64,000 nt of DNA. Source: a virus (lineage: Duplodnaviria > Caudoviricetes). The translations under genes were made by a program, and so were the position numbers. Below the pieces are notes generated by a model. That model had not been told where the DNA came from. It saw only the letters and a program-made list of their open reading frames with translations, and ran no database searches. The DNA is taken from positions 1 to 64,000 of IMG/VR virus record IMGVR_UViG_2883497546_000001; one strand, 5' to 3'. Positions 28,817-40,300 of the stretch are shown here, in pieces (position 1 is the first letter of the stretch; each line of letters begins with the position of its first letter).

Positions 28817-31264
28817 CTAGCTATCCACCGAAAACACACACACCATCGCCAGCAAATTCAGCGGCTGCGGCTGCCTCTGCCGTATCGCCACATGCACCGC
28901 ACTCGCATATGGCGCATTGATATCCCACTCCATATCATCCGTCCGCAGCGGCGGCGCCACATCCAGCACATCCTGCGCCCTCCGGAACGGAATCTCCTCC
29001 CACATCCCCGCACCCGAATTGAGATTCGGATTCGGCGAAATCTCCGCCCCCAGCGACTCATGCACCGAGAGAATCATCTTCACCGGTCGGAACAAACGCC
29101 CGCGGCTCCCCCCATTCTCCAGTTGCAGCTCAATCTTCGTCGGCTGCAGCAGCGGCGTAAACGGCAGGCCCACCACTACCACCTCCGCCTCACGATCCAG
29201 CGTGATCGCGCCACCACTCACCGTCTTGCTCACCTGTGTCGCCCCATCCGCACGCACCACCACCACCTCACCCTCCAGGTGACCCAGCCCAGTAATCGTA
29301 TCCGTCGCTGCACCACTATACGTCGTCGCACTATCCATGCACACCAGCCTCGCCGGATTTGAATAATCAAACTGCGCCATCGCCGGGTGGAAGCTCTCGA
29401 TATACCTGACCGTCACTCCATCCACTACCCGCTTTACCACAAACCACACCTCGTCCGAAGTCCCATTCGCCGAGTAGTTCACGCTCACACTTTCAAAGTC
29501 ACCCTCCGTCTCATGAATATGCCAGCCCGTCACCTCATGCTCCCGCTGGTACGTCAGCCCCACCAGCTTCCCATTCCCCGTCACTGCCCATAAAATCGCA
29601 TCCCTTCGCGACTGGAATGCCGTCTGCCGGATACCACCCTCCGTCACATGCTCAGACAGAATCGTCAAATCCTGCGCCTTCAGCGAATCCTCCTCAAAAC
29701 TGTACGCCATCTCCGAAACCGTCCGCCCATACCGCTGCACAAACAGCACCACATTCTTGATCAGCCGCGCCATCAAATGCTCACTGCCCTCACTCGACTG
29801 GCACGACACCCGCACCGTCGTCTGCGTGATCGGCGTCGCATCAGATCCACTGTGCATCAGCCACTCCTCCGCCGCCGTCCCGATGATCAAGCCCGTACTG
29901 TTCCCCGTCATCCACTGCACCTGGCTGCTCTGCGTCGACGCCAGCACATAGTCAAAGCTCGCATCATCCAGCGTCGACTTCCGGAAGTTCTCAAAGTCCC
30001 CAATCGCCGACCCCCACACCCGCACCGGCTCCCTCGCCGTCCCCCCATAAATCACCCGCTGCTCGTGAAACGCCACCGTCCTCGGAAATCCCTGGTGCGG
30101 ACTCCACGCCCCCTCGCACCAGGTCGTCGTGGCAGCCGTGGCGCCCAGCGGCTTCGTTACCGTGGCCGTGACTTGCGTGCCACTCGTATAGGCCGTGACT
30201 TTCACTACCCCATAGACCTTGGAGTCTACCGCCTCAATGCGCGCATACCCGCTGCCAGAACTCCAGAAAGTCGAGCGCATGCGAATCAGCACCTCAGTCG
30301 GCTCATCGTATGAAATGGGGGCCACATTGCGGTCAGACACACCGCCGAAGGTACGCACCGTCTGCCACGTGGCACCATTGTCTTCGCTACGGTCAATGTG
30401 AATGCGTGCCGTCCATGTTCCAGTGGTGAAAAATTCCCACCGACCAATCACACGCAACGTTCCGCTCGTGTTATTGCCGTTGAGAATCAGGTCCACGAGC
30501 GCACTGTCCCGCCGGTGTGCAATCTGCCAGTGCGACCCCACATGGTTCGCATTGAATAGCGCCGCCGATGCCGTCAGCGTGATACTCCCCGTCGTCGCGG
30601 AAGGTGTGATCGTCGTCGACTCCACATTCTCATCCAGCATCGCCGGCCAATCCCACACCACTTCCGCCAGCGTCCAGTTATCATCCGCGAGCCGCGAAAG
30701 CTTCCGCGGTGCATACCCCGGATGCACCAGGTAGATCACGTCATTGATCTGCGTGAACTGAATCTCAAACACATCCGTCTCCAGGTAAGGGGAGGGGAGT
30801 TCATAGATCTCCTGCGCCACCCAGCGCCCCGCCCCCAGGTCCGTCGCAAACGCCGCTGCAGACGTATGCGCCACCACACAGAAGTATATCGTAGCACTCA
30901 CCGTCACATAGCTCCCCATCGCATACGGCGTCCCCGTCACCCACGCCCCCGCGCTCGCCTTCTTCACCTGCTGCCGGTTCGACCAGAACCGCACATACCC
31001 ATCACCCAGCTCAATCTGGAAACTCGTCGTCCGCGAAAAGTTAAAAGGAATCAACGCCGCCTTCTTATTCCCAAACTTCGCCCTCCCCATAAACTCCGTC
31101 CCCGGTCGCGAAAACACCCCGCCCACCGCCCGCGGAATAAAATTCCGCAACCGCCTGCACCCCGACCGATACTTCCCCGTATCCGCCCGCGCATCCATCA
31201 ACGGCGAAAGCTCCCCGCCATTGAAATTACTAATCAACTCATGAATCGCCCCCGACATAAACAA
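28817..31264 (-). CDS. Tail tubular protein B / nozzle (T7 gp12-like)
   Basis: NFNGGELSP.M.AR.D, GFPRTVAFHEQR, VLFVQRYG, DLTILSEH, V.GWHIH; ~815 aa. Confidence 0.9.
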   Translation of the reverse strand: MFMSGAIHELISNFNGGELSPLMDARADTGKYRSGCRRLRNFIPRAVGGVFSRPGTEFMGRAKFGNKKAALIPFNFSRTTSFQIELGDGYVRFWSNRQQVKKASAGAWVTGTPYAMGSYVTVSATIYFCVVAHTSAAAFATDLGAGRWVAQEIYELPSPYLETDVFEIQFTQINDVIYLVHPGYAPRKLSRLADDNWTLAEVVWDWPAMLDENVESTTITPSATTGSITLTASAALFNANHVGSHWQIAHRRDSALVDLILNGNNTSGTLRVIGRWEFFTTGTWTARIHIDRSEDNGATWQTVRTFGGVSDRNVAPISYDEPTEVLIRMRSTFWSSGSGYARIEAVDSKVYGVVKVTAYTSGTQVTATVTKPLGATAATTTWCEGAWSPHQGFPRTVAFHEQRVIYGGTAREPVRVWGSAIGDFENFRKSTLDDASFDYVLASTQSSQVQWMTGNSTGLIIGTAAEEWLMHSGSDATPITQTTVRVSCQSSEGSEHLMARLIKNVVLFVQRYGRTVSEMAYSFEEDSLKAQDLTILSEHVTEGGIRQTAFQSRRDAILWAVTGNGKLVGLTYQREHEVTGWHIHETEGDFESVSVNYSANGTSDEVWFVVKRVVDGVTVRYIESFHPAMAQFDYSNPARLVCMDSATTYSGAATDTITGLGHLEGEVVVVRADGATQVSKTVSGGAITLDREAEVVVVGLPFTPLLQPTKIELQLENGGSRGRLFRPVKMILSVHESLGAEISPNPNLNSGAGMWEEIPFRRAQDVLDVAPPLRTDDMEWDINAPYASAVHVAIRQRQPQPLNLLAMVCVFSVDS

Positions 31265-31587
31265 TCATCCTCCCTCTAAACCTTCACCTCTTTCTCAGGC
31301 CACAACCAAGAACCAAGCACTAAGACCTCAGTCTCCGAAGTTCCTCTGCGTCTCTATGTCTCAGCGTTGAACCCAACGCGCCCAACCACATCCAGCACAG
31401 GCACTTTTCATTTTCCATTTTGCACTTTTCATTTTGCATTCTGAACTGCCAGCCCAAGCGTCCGCACCCAGCAATCTCCCCATTAGCGTCTGTTAGCGGT
31501 CCCAATCCCACCACCTTCCACCCATCCCTCAAAAATTTCCGTGCCTCCGTGTCTCTGCGTCTCCGTGTTGAACCCCAGCATCAACCA

Positions 31588-32190
31588 TCAACCTGCATAC
31601 CGCGACATCGCCAGGTCCGAATCTTCCCACATCCCCACACGCCTCGGCCTCGACTCATTCGCATCCGTCTGTCGCGCCCGCGCCATCGCCTCCTTCGCCT
31701 CCCGCGTCAGCCGGTCCTTGATTCCATCGTCCTTCGTCAGCTTCGTACAGATGCGCATCGCCAGTCGCAGCGTCAGCGCCTCCACAAACAGCGGGTCGAA
31801 CAAATTCGCATCCGTCACCCGCTTCAGATACACCACACTCGCCGCATCCTCATCCGTCAGCAGCACCAGCCCACCCTCCGGCCCATTCGCAATCTGGAAA
31901 TCATCCTCCGTCTGCCACGCATCCAGCCCGTTGAACTCCACCAGCCGGATGAAATCCGCCGGCAACTGATACTGGTACCCCCACCCAAACACCGGCACCA
32001 CATTCAGCGCCGAAAGCGCCGCCAGCGACCTCGCAAAGCTCCACGGATGCGTCCTCAGCAGCGCATCCCTCGTCGGCCCAAAGAACAACCGGCAAACCGC
32101 CGCCTGGTTCGACGTCTCATTGATATCCACAATGCTATAACTATCGCCCACCTCCGCGAGCGCCAGATTGCATATCTGCGTATCATTCAT
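31588..32190 (-). CDS. Tail tubular protein A / adaptor (T7 gp11-like)
   Basis: QICNLAL..VG, RDALLRTHPWSFA, YQLPADFIR, FDPLFVEALTLRLA. Confidence 0.9.
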   Translation of the reverse strand: MNDTQICNLALAEVGDSYSIVDINETSNQAAVCRLFFGPTRDALLRTHPWSFARSLAALSALNVVPVFGWGYQYQLPADFIRLVEFNGLDAWQTEDDFQIANGPEGGLVLLTDEDAASVVYLKRVTDANLFDPLFVEALTLRLAMRICTKLTKDDGIKDRLTREAKEAMARARQTDANESRPRRVGMWEDSDLAMSRYAG

Positions 32191-32231
32191 ACCTCAAAAA
32201 AATCCTCTACGTCCTCGTCCCCGTTCTCCTC

Positions 32232-32293
32232 CTCAGTCCTCAGTCCTCAGTCCTCAGTCCTCAGTCCTCAGTCCTCAGTCCTCAGTCCTCAGT
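32232..32293. repeat. Heptamer repeat (CAGTCCT)x~9
   Basis: Directly read. Confidence 0.95.
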
Positions 32294-32684
32294 CTCCGAA
32301 GTTCCTCTGCGTCTCCGTGTCTCTGTGTTGAACTCACTGCACCCAACCACACCCAGTCCCCAACTTTGCATTTTTCATTTTGCATCTCTCACTTTGCATT
32401 CAACCCCGCGAGCCACTGCCCATAGTCAGAAACTTCCATTGCACCCCCACCAACCTTCCATCACGCCCCCCAACCAAAGCACCCCGCGCAGCGCACCTCT
32501 TCACCCAAAAAAGACACACCACGCGAGGCACTATCATCCCCTCAGCCAACCAACCAAACCCTCATTCACATTAGCGTTCCATTAGCGAATATTAGCGGTC
32601 CCTCACCTTCCTAAGATTAGTGTCCCATTAGTGTTCATCAGTGGTTGAGCCGCAATTATCCTCCGCCGGTACGTCATCGCTTCC

Positions 32685-33140
32685 TCACCCCAGCGTATAC
32701 CCCACATGCCACACCTGGTCATGCGTCGCCAGGTTCGTCACCGTCGTCGGCGTAAACGTCACCCACAGCTCCTCCGGAAACTTGTAGGGCGTCAGAAACG
32801 CATCCCCCTTCGTTCCCGCCTCGCTGAAGGCCTTCCTCCCCGCTGTCCCACCCAGCGCCAGCGCCGCACCATAGCGATCATCATCATTCTCGTCGCCAAT
32901 CTTCCCCGTCAGCGCATCCCCCGGATCACCGTGGTCCACCGAGCACAGCGCCGGAATCACCCGCGCCCCCTTCGGCAGCTTCGCCAGGAAGATCACATCA
33001 GACGTCGTCAGCGCCGTCACCGCAATCTTCACATCCACATAACGCACATCCCCGCCAAACGCCCGGAGACTCGGCGCCTCCGAAAAGTCACTCTCCGCCG
33101 CCAGTTGCCCCGCCCCCAAATCCGTATATTTATTCGCCAT
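32685..33140 (-). CDS. Capsid decoration/cement protein
   Basis: DVIFLAKLPKGARVI...IGD..DDDRY; immediately downstream of the capsid gene. Confidence 0.7.
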   Translation of the reverse strand: MANKYTDLGAGQLAAESDFSEAPSLRAFGGDVRYVDVKIAVTALTTSDVIFLAKLPKGARVIPALCSVDHGDPGDALTGKIGDENDDDRYGAALALGGTAGRKAFSEAGTKGDAFLTPYKFPEELWVTFTPTTVTNLATHDQVWHVGYTLG

Positions 33141-33273
33141 ATTCTCTCTTTAGATAAAAAGTTTAAATTCGTGCTCCTGCTCCTGCTCTTCCTCTTGCTC
33201 ACCTCAGTGGAGCCAGACTCACGGTGCCCATCTCCACCAGGTCAGATCAAATCAGATCAGTCGCCCCCCCTCG

Positions 33274-34170
33274 TTAAGGCGATTCATCGCAGTACACCCG
33301 CACCACCTTCTCATTCTCCGAGCGCACCGCACCCAGGCGACCCACGGAGCGAATCTGCTTCGCATGCCGCTTGTCCGGGCGCACATCAATGTAGCTGTTG
33401 CGCGCACCCTCACCCAGCTTGATGGCCGACTTGTGCCACGCAAAGCATGACCGCACATCCGTGGCCACATTGCGCGCCAGCCGCTGTGTCGGAATCCACG
33501 TGAATCCCATCCAGTAGCTGATCTTCCCATCCTTCAGCGCCATCAGGTCACTGAAGTCACGGCTCGTCGCCTCCGTCAGCGCCAGCAGATTATCCAGCTG
33601 CTTCGCCCCATAGCAGAAAAAGCGCTCACTCTCCGGCACCTCATTCACATTCAGGATGCGCGCCGCCTCGCGAATCTTCCCAAACGTCAGCCCGCTGTTC
33701 GCCGGCGTCCCACTCGGCACATAGTCCACCGCAATCGACTGGCCCGCAGGGAAGGGGTCCGTCGTCGTGCCCTCCTCACCGATATAGCGCGTCGCATCGA
33801 AGGCCGAAATGACAATGTCATCCACCTTGCGATTGTACGCCATCGCCATATTGCGCACCTCATCCGAGTCCGGCAACACAATCTGCCCCAGCTGGCGTTC
33901 ATCATCCTCATCGAAGCTGATCACCTTCTCGAACTTGCGCGCATACAGCCAGTACTTCTCCCCTGAGGTATCACCCTCCGGCGTATCGCCCTTCCGCGTC
34001 GTCACCTCATCCATCTCATAGTCATTCAGCAGATTGAATGACTTCCGCTTGCCCGTCAGGTTGCCACCCGGCGATACCGCCAGGCGCAGCCGGCAGTCCA
34101 TCTGTTGAGCCACATGCGTCCAGTTCCTCTCGAACTCCGTCGGGTAAAACTGCGTAATATCCAAAGACAT
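33274..34170 (-). CDS. Major capsid protein
   Basis: EF..NW.HVAQQM..RLR, AMAYNRKVDDIVI, L.DG.I..WMGF.WI..RL, GAVR.E..KVV. Confidence 0.88.
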   Translation of the reverse strand: MSLDITQFYPTEFERNWTHVAQQMDCRLRLAVSPGGNLTGKRKSFNLLNDYEMDEVTTRKGDTPEGDTSGEKYWLYARKFEKVISFDEDDERQLGQIVLPDSDEVRNMAMAYNRKVDDIVISAFDATRYIGEEGTTTDPFPAGQSIAVDYVPSGTPANSGLTFGKIREAARILNVNEVPESERFFCYGAKQLDNLLALTEATSRDFSDLMALKDGKISYWMGFTWIPTQRLARNVATDVRSCFAWHKSAIKLGEGARNSYIDVRPDKRHAKQIRSVGRLGAVRSENEKVVRVYCDESP

Positions 34171-34901
34171 AATCGTTATTCTTGCGAGTCGTAGTCTGTA
34201 TCCCGCTCACAGCACCCACCCATCCACCATTCCTTCTCAGGAACCCACCCGCCGTCATCACGACAGAGCAGAGCAGGGGAGGGGAGATGAACAAAAGCCG
34301 GACACAGAAAAAATCCAGTTCCTGGTCACTTCCATACACACCAGGGAGCCGTCCCTCGCAGTTGTCAGCACCCGCTGGCTGCTCGTTGAGGCAAAAACAA
34401 AAATCGTCACCACCACCAGGTTATCAGAGCTTCATGACCCCGGCCCAGCAACAGCACGCCCAACCTGTACCGTGTTTTCTGCCACCGCGCAACTCCAAAA
34501 TACAGTGGCGTACAAAAGTGGGTTTGAAATTTTTCATCGGGTCGTGCGTGGTCGCACTCCAACACAGACGTCACCGCTGGTATTCGTCACCCTCCTGCGG
34601 TTCACCCTGCTTTCCCCGGGCCGGGTCATTCGGCAGCTCGGCCAGGAGCTCCGGTTCATCTCGTGTTCCGCTGGCTGCACTGGGACTTCCGCTCAAGCGA
34701 ATGCTCCGGCGCCAGCCAGCAATTCACCACGCGTCCTTTCACAGGCTCCTTCTCCTCCCCAAAAAATTCTCCACTCCATAGGTAAAAACCAATGGCCAAC
34801 TTGTTAAAAAAGTGATTGGCTGCCCTCTTTCCTCCTCACCCCCGCGACCGTCTCCCAGCGGTCCGTCTGCCCACACACTGCCACCGCTCCAAGACTCAGT
34901 G

Positions 34902-36176
34902 ATGACCCGCGCCAATTCTATTAAAGACAAAACTCTTTCCGGTATCAAGCTGACGAGCCTTCTGGATGACATTCGGCCCTTTCTCCAATCGCATGCAGTG
35001 GGCCATCCAAAACACAGGCGCATGCCCCCCGTCGCCCTCGTTTTTGGCGCCGGCATCAACCATTCCCTGGTGGACAAATCAAGTCGTGTAGTTCGGGAGT
35101 TGCTCTCCTGGCGCGGACTGCTCAGGCACCTTGCATGGTATCCTCTGGACCCTCCACCCGAGGACCGCTATCCCCAGATTTCCCAGTCCAAGACCTCTTG
35201 GCAAAAATACCTCCGGAAAAAATTTCGCGACTCCGAATCCGAGGAGAATTTCATCAGGCGCGTGTCACTCATCGAGGCCATGCTTGCAAACAACCCTGAT
35301 GCTGAGCGCTTTGCTGCCGTCGCTCACCTCATGCGCCACGAGATGAAGGCCGAGCTCATCGACGAAAAGACAAAGAAAAGGGGAGACCTCTGGGACATTG
35401 CCATGGGCCGCGTGATGAAAAAGCTCTGCTCCCACGCCAAAATCAGCGCGTGGGATCCCGTCCTTCGCCGCGCTGGCACCCTCGCACGCCAGGGCCGGGT
35501 CAAGCTTCTCACCACGAATTTCGATTCTCTCATTGGCCGCAAAGCCAGACTCCCCGTGCTCGCCACTCCAGATGCGACAACTGCCGAGGCCGCCCGGCAG
35601 CGCCCCCTGGACCTCTGGACGCCCAACCCCCACGGTGGTGGCACCCCTTTCTCTTCAGGCCTGCATGCCTACAATCTCCTCCATTGGATTCCTTTCGCCT
35701 GGGAAAGCTGGCGCACCGGGAAGGGCTCTCTGAAGGAGAGTCTCGCGGCCGAAGTCGCTTCCGTCCTCCACATTCATGGATGGGGCGGCTCACCCAAAGG
35801 GATCATCTTCGGAACCGTGGAATACCATGAGGCCGGCAAGGCAGCGGATTCTCGACAGTGTCCTAATGACGTCATCGAGAGGATATTACGAAAAGATTGT
35901 ATCACCATCTTCCTCGGCACAAGTGAGGGGCTTATGGACTCCCATCTGCTCAAGATTTGGAGCAATGCCAGCAAGGGGGAACTCGGAGCCAATTGGTGGC
36001 TCTTAAATTCGGTTTACGATGGAGAAAAAGTGTTGCGCAAGTGGGAAGAACGTACACAGTCCGAGGAATTCTCCACTCATGTCCAACCAGTCTGGCATGG
36101 CAAAAACGACTTGGCAGGTGCCGTCCCCAAGGTCGTCATGTCCCTCTTCGACGAGTTGGAACGCCGGGAACAATAA
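34902..36176 (+). CDS. SIR2-like (SIR2_2) NAD-binding protein, candidate antiphage NADase
   Basis: LVFGAGIN, LLTTNFD, LHIHG, IIFGTVEY, IFLGTS motifs. Confidence 0.8.
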   Translation: MTRANSIKDKTLSGIKLTSLLDDIRPFLQSHAVGHPKHRRMPPVALVFGAGINHSLVDKSSRVVRELLSWRGLLRHLAWYPLDPPPEDRYPQISQSKTSWQKYLRKKFRDSESEENFIRRVSLIEAMLANNPDAERFAAVAHLMRHEMKAELIDEKTKKRGDLWDIAMGRVMKKLCSHAKISAWDPVLRRAGTLARQGRVKLLTTNFDSLIGRKARLPVLATPDATTAEAARQRPLDLWTPNPHGGGTPFSSGLHAYNLLHWIPFAWESWRTGKGSLKESLAAEVASVLHIHGWGGSPKGIIFGTVEYHEAGKAADSRQCPNDVIERILRKDCITIFLGTSEGLMDSHLLKIWSNASKGELGANWWLLNSVYDGEKVLRKWEERTQSEEFSTHVQPVWHGKNDLAGAVPKVVMSLFDELERREQ

Positions 36177-36308
36177 GCCCTTGGCTTACTTGACAAGATC
36201 AACCCCGGGCACGACCAGTACCCTGTTCACACACGTTGCACCTTTGGGTAAACGTGAACCTGAACGAAATCTTAGTCGGGGGGCTGGGATTTCATTGAAA
36301 TTTTTATC

Positions 36309-36830
36309 ATGACAGCAAAGATGTTACGCTACGAAGCTCCCCCATTGGAGAGGTTGGAAGATCTCGTTCTACGAGGCTTGGGCCCCCGAAGAGGTTCGGA
36401 AAATTTCCGCCGCCTGGGTGCGAAAATACGGCAAACGGCGGAACATCACCCAAAAGACCTTTTCCTTCTCGCCAAGCTATATTGGTTTATTGCAAGAAAT
36501 TTAGGAGAAGCATCCAAGCCTCGTCTCCAGGATCTCCAGAAGGAACTGGAAAAACATAGAAACACACTTTTGTCGAACTTGGATCTCCAGACAAAAGAGA
36601 TGGAGGCGCTTATTAAGTTCCTCAATCTACCTGATTCCGACCAGGACGACGCAGATGCTTGGTGGCGCGTAGAGACAAACGTACCCGAGCAGATTAGCCC
36701 CGGGCCGCTTTTGTTCTTCTCGCAGTTTGTGAAGAAACCCACCCGCCCGCGCCCCGTCATGCAATCCTACGGGACTTTGAGCACGGAGCATCCAGACTCC
36801 TTGCGAAAGAAGAATCCCGGGATGTACTAG
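36309..36830 (+). CDS. Hypothetical protein
   Basis: 173-aa ORF with ATG, co-oriented with the SIR2 gene. Confidence 0.55.
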   Translation: MTAKMLRYEAPPLERLEDLVLRGLGPRRGSENFRRLGAKIRQTAEHHPKDLFLLAKLYWFIARNLGEASKPRLQDLQKELEKHRNTLLSNLDLQTKEMEALIKFLNLPDSDQDDADAWWRVETNVPEQISPGPLLFFSQFVKKPTRPRPVMQSYGTLSTEHPDSLRKKNPGMY

Positions 36831-37310
36831 GCCTTGGAAAGTGGGGTGTCCATGGTGTCGCCACTCTTGCGCACCATCGCGGAAAAGCCCAGGTCGCGAA
36901 ACGTACTCGCCAGTCGAGATGCGGTGAGGCAGCAGGCGGTAGTTCGCTCTCACGTCTGAGCTTGACCCTGCCATACCGGCCCTCCCTCCATCCATCCACG
37001 CCGTTATCGGCGTGCACGTGACTGGGAGACCTTGGCCCCTCTCCACAGAAGTACCAGGAGAGGAAGGGCGTCCAAAGGTGCGGCACTGGCACTATCGCGC
37101 CCGCACACCAGTGAATCCTGCCGGCATTACCCGCAGGACGCCCCCGCCAGCCTTGGGATAGCGCAAGCCGCGTCACTCGGCGGCTGGATCATGGGAATTT
37201 TCTTTGAAAACTTCGACCGAATGTCTTCTCATGGGCTTGGTTTGTGCAAACATCTGTAAAACGAACAACTTCATCCGCACACTCCTCGTAAATTCGCCCC
37301 GCATTTCAGC

Positions 37311-40300
37311 ATGACTCACGAGAATCAAGAATCGCAAAGCACACTTCGGTATCATGATTTTGTCCTTCTCATGGCGTCACTGGATGCTGAATGGTCACGG
37401 CACACCGCCCAACCCCAGAAAGCTTTCGAAAAAACCTTCACCAGCTTTCAAAACTACTGCGGAAGTTTCAGGGACAGCGGGCATAAGAATTTCAAAAAGT
37501 GGCGCACCCGTTCCTCTCCATCGGAGTCCATGGACGAGTATCTCTACAACCCCACCAACTGGCTCCCCCTTGGACATCCCGACGCCCTGTGCCTCACCCT
37601 CGGAGATGATTTGGATGCGGTTCAGGCCGTGATCGAAACTTACAAGAAGACAGTCGAAGAAGTGAGTGTCGGATTCTGCCCCATCACCCGCAGCCTCATC
37701 CCACCTGGCGTCTCGCGTCGCCACCTCAAACATTTCGTTGAGCCCAATGAGCTCTTCGGCAAACCGAAACCCGCACAGCCTCCGCTCCTTTTCCTCGCCC
37801 GGCTCAAGATGCAGGGCGTTCTCTCCCTCGGTCGTGCCCTTCTCGCCCAGCAGTCCCTCTTCGGCCTTATCTGCAAGCGCATAGATGCCGCTCTGCACAC
37901 GTTGCGTAAAGCCGATGATCAGGGGCTTTATTCACGCAGCGACCTGAATTCCCTCAGGCTCACCTTCCTCGATCTCCTGGAAGAGGAGGAAATAGGCATC
38001 CTGTTTCTCTGTAGCAACTACTCCGTCCCCATGTCCATCGTCTCCCATCTGCAAAGCCTCACCTTTGCAGACCTCTTGGAGCACGACCCGCGTCTGGTTC
38101 AAATTCTCGAAAGCAGCAGCCATTACAAGAAGCTCAAAGAATTCCACCAGACTCTTCAGGAGGAAAACTCGGCCACCCCTCCGTCTTCGCCTTCCTCCGC
38201 TTCCGCTGCCGGACTCTGTGAAGGAATGAGCGGAGCTCACCTTTTGCGTTGGACCCGGAGCACCGTGGCCATCTCTTGGGACTACTTCCGCTCCGTGCTC
38301 GACCCCACCGCCAGGACCAGGAAATCTTCCATGTCGATCAACGGCTTCGTCAGCTCCCTGACGGACATCGGTCACCCTCCGGGGCACCAGGCCGATATGG
38401 AGAAACACTTGAGGAACGGACTCAGCAACGGCTTGAAAAAAAGCGTGCCCACCGGTCGGTCCCTCCCAGGCCCTCGCAGCCCGGACCCCAGCCTCAAGTG
38501 TCGTCTCCATCTGGTTGGTGCCACAGACTACCTTCTCCAGCTGTCTGACTGTGGCCAGACGCCCCGCAAGGCCAGGACCGGCAAGATGGGCTCGGCGTAT
38601 CGCACTTCGCTCAACAAGGTCAAGCCCCATACCATGACATCGGAGAATGTCGCTCTCCGCGGGCCAGACTCCCTCGTGCACATCTCGCTCCTCGTCCAGA
38701 TGTGGGCCGGCGTGCTCGACTCCATCAGCCAGTTGGACAAGCCATCCGGATTCAGCGGCAGGCATGTCAGCAGTTGGGCCACACGCCTCATGGTACCAGT
38801 GCCCATTTGCGCGCACCAGGACATGGAGGATTGGTTCCACCCCACAGTGCCTGCAGGTCACACTGCCCTCGTTAAGGAAGTGCTTGCCGTCGCGCGGGAT
38901 GTGCTCTTCCCGGAAAAGGATGATGACGCACGCTTCACCTTCTCCGCTGGAGGCCTCCGAAATCATACTCGCGCTCTGGGCATCCCCGTGGCCACCCGCC
39001 GCGCACTTATCAATCTCCTGGAGAATTTCTTCTCCATCCTGTCCAACCCGCTCCTCTTCGATGTCGTGTTGGACTACTATGACGTCCTCGCCACCCTCTA
39101 CCGGATCCTCACCCAGGAGCGTCCCGAGGATTCCGAATGGCCCCCTCAGCATGACTACTCCCGCCGTCTCCCCACGGAGGGCGGCGTCGAGCCCATCCAC
39201 GCCATGCTGGAGAGCCTCTCCTCTGCTCTCAGCCTCCGTCAGCGCCGTCTCTATCCAGAGACTCCTCTCAGGGACTGGTCCCTCGATTTCCGGACAAACT
39301 TCATCCAGATCATCCTCTCCGCAGAAGCTGCTCTCAAGGCCTCTGCCGGCATTCTCAGAAAGGTCGTCCGCGGTGATGAGCATGGGCGTGATACCCTCGG
39401 AGTCGTCCACCACGTCACCTTCGAAGAGGGCATCCGGGCCATTTCTTGTGACTTCATCATGGAGACCGCCGGCACCGGCCCCAGCCTCGCCATCTTCGCC
39501 TCGGACATGGCCCATCTCACTCACGTGCCCGGCTATGCAGACTTCTTCCACGAAGGCTTCCACCTGATTTATAATGACATGGTTCGCCAGCAGATTCGCG
39601 ACACCATCGCACTCCAGGTCAAGGATGGCCTCAGACCAGCACTCAATGAAGAGAGCTTCTCCGACCTCGACACCCAGCTCAGTGAGATCTTCGTGCACCT
39701 CATGATGCACCTCTTCGTCTTCGATGGAGACTGGCGCCTCGCCCTCAGACAGCACGCCATCAGCTTCTCCACAAGCATGGCGAGCGCCTTCAACAACCCA
39801 GCAGATGTGCGGACTTCATTCCTGAATAATTTTGGCCCCATCAGCGTCGCCAGTCTCGTCACAAATGCCGCGAGTACTCGCGCGAAGCCCGGACATATCG
39901 GCATGCAGAGCCTGGGAGACCACGACTGGCCTGTTCTTTCTTCCGCCCACGGCTTCTTTGAAAACGTCATCGACATCCTCCGCCCCGTACTCACGGATCA
40001 TGTCTGGATCTTTGACTCCGTGGATGCCCCTGAGAATGGTCCCGCCATGAAAGGAAGTGATCGCGTTATCCGCGGGTTCATGAAACGTTATGCGGATAAT
40101 CTCGGATTCCTTCAAATTCTCTGGGAGCGCGCCATCTTCGTCTATCAGATGTTTGTGGCCCGCGTCCTTCAGGAAACGGGCGACCATAAGCACTTGGGAG
40201 TGAAGCCTCCCCCCGATCATGCGGGAGCCTATGATGGATTGACATATCCCCCAAGTTGCAAACGCCCCTGCCGCGATTTGAAGGCTGCCGACTTCAAGGC

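Noticed and set aside
27884-29362. Long + strand His/Arg/Pro-rich ORFs (also 26380-27165, 29648-30313, 31420-32331 and others)
   Set aside because: Antisense shadows of G-rich virion genes and repeats
37932-39755. 607-aa - strand ORF
   Set aside because: Antisense shadow of the 1182-aa + strand gene; no recognisable motifs
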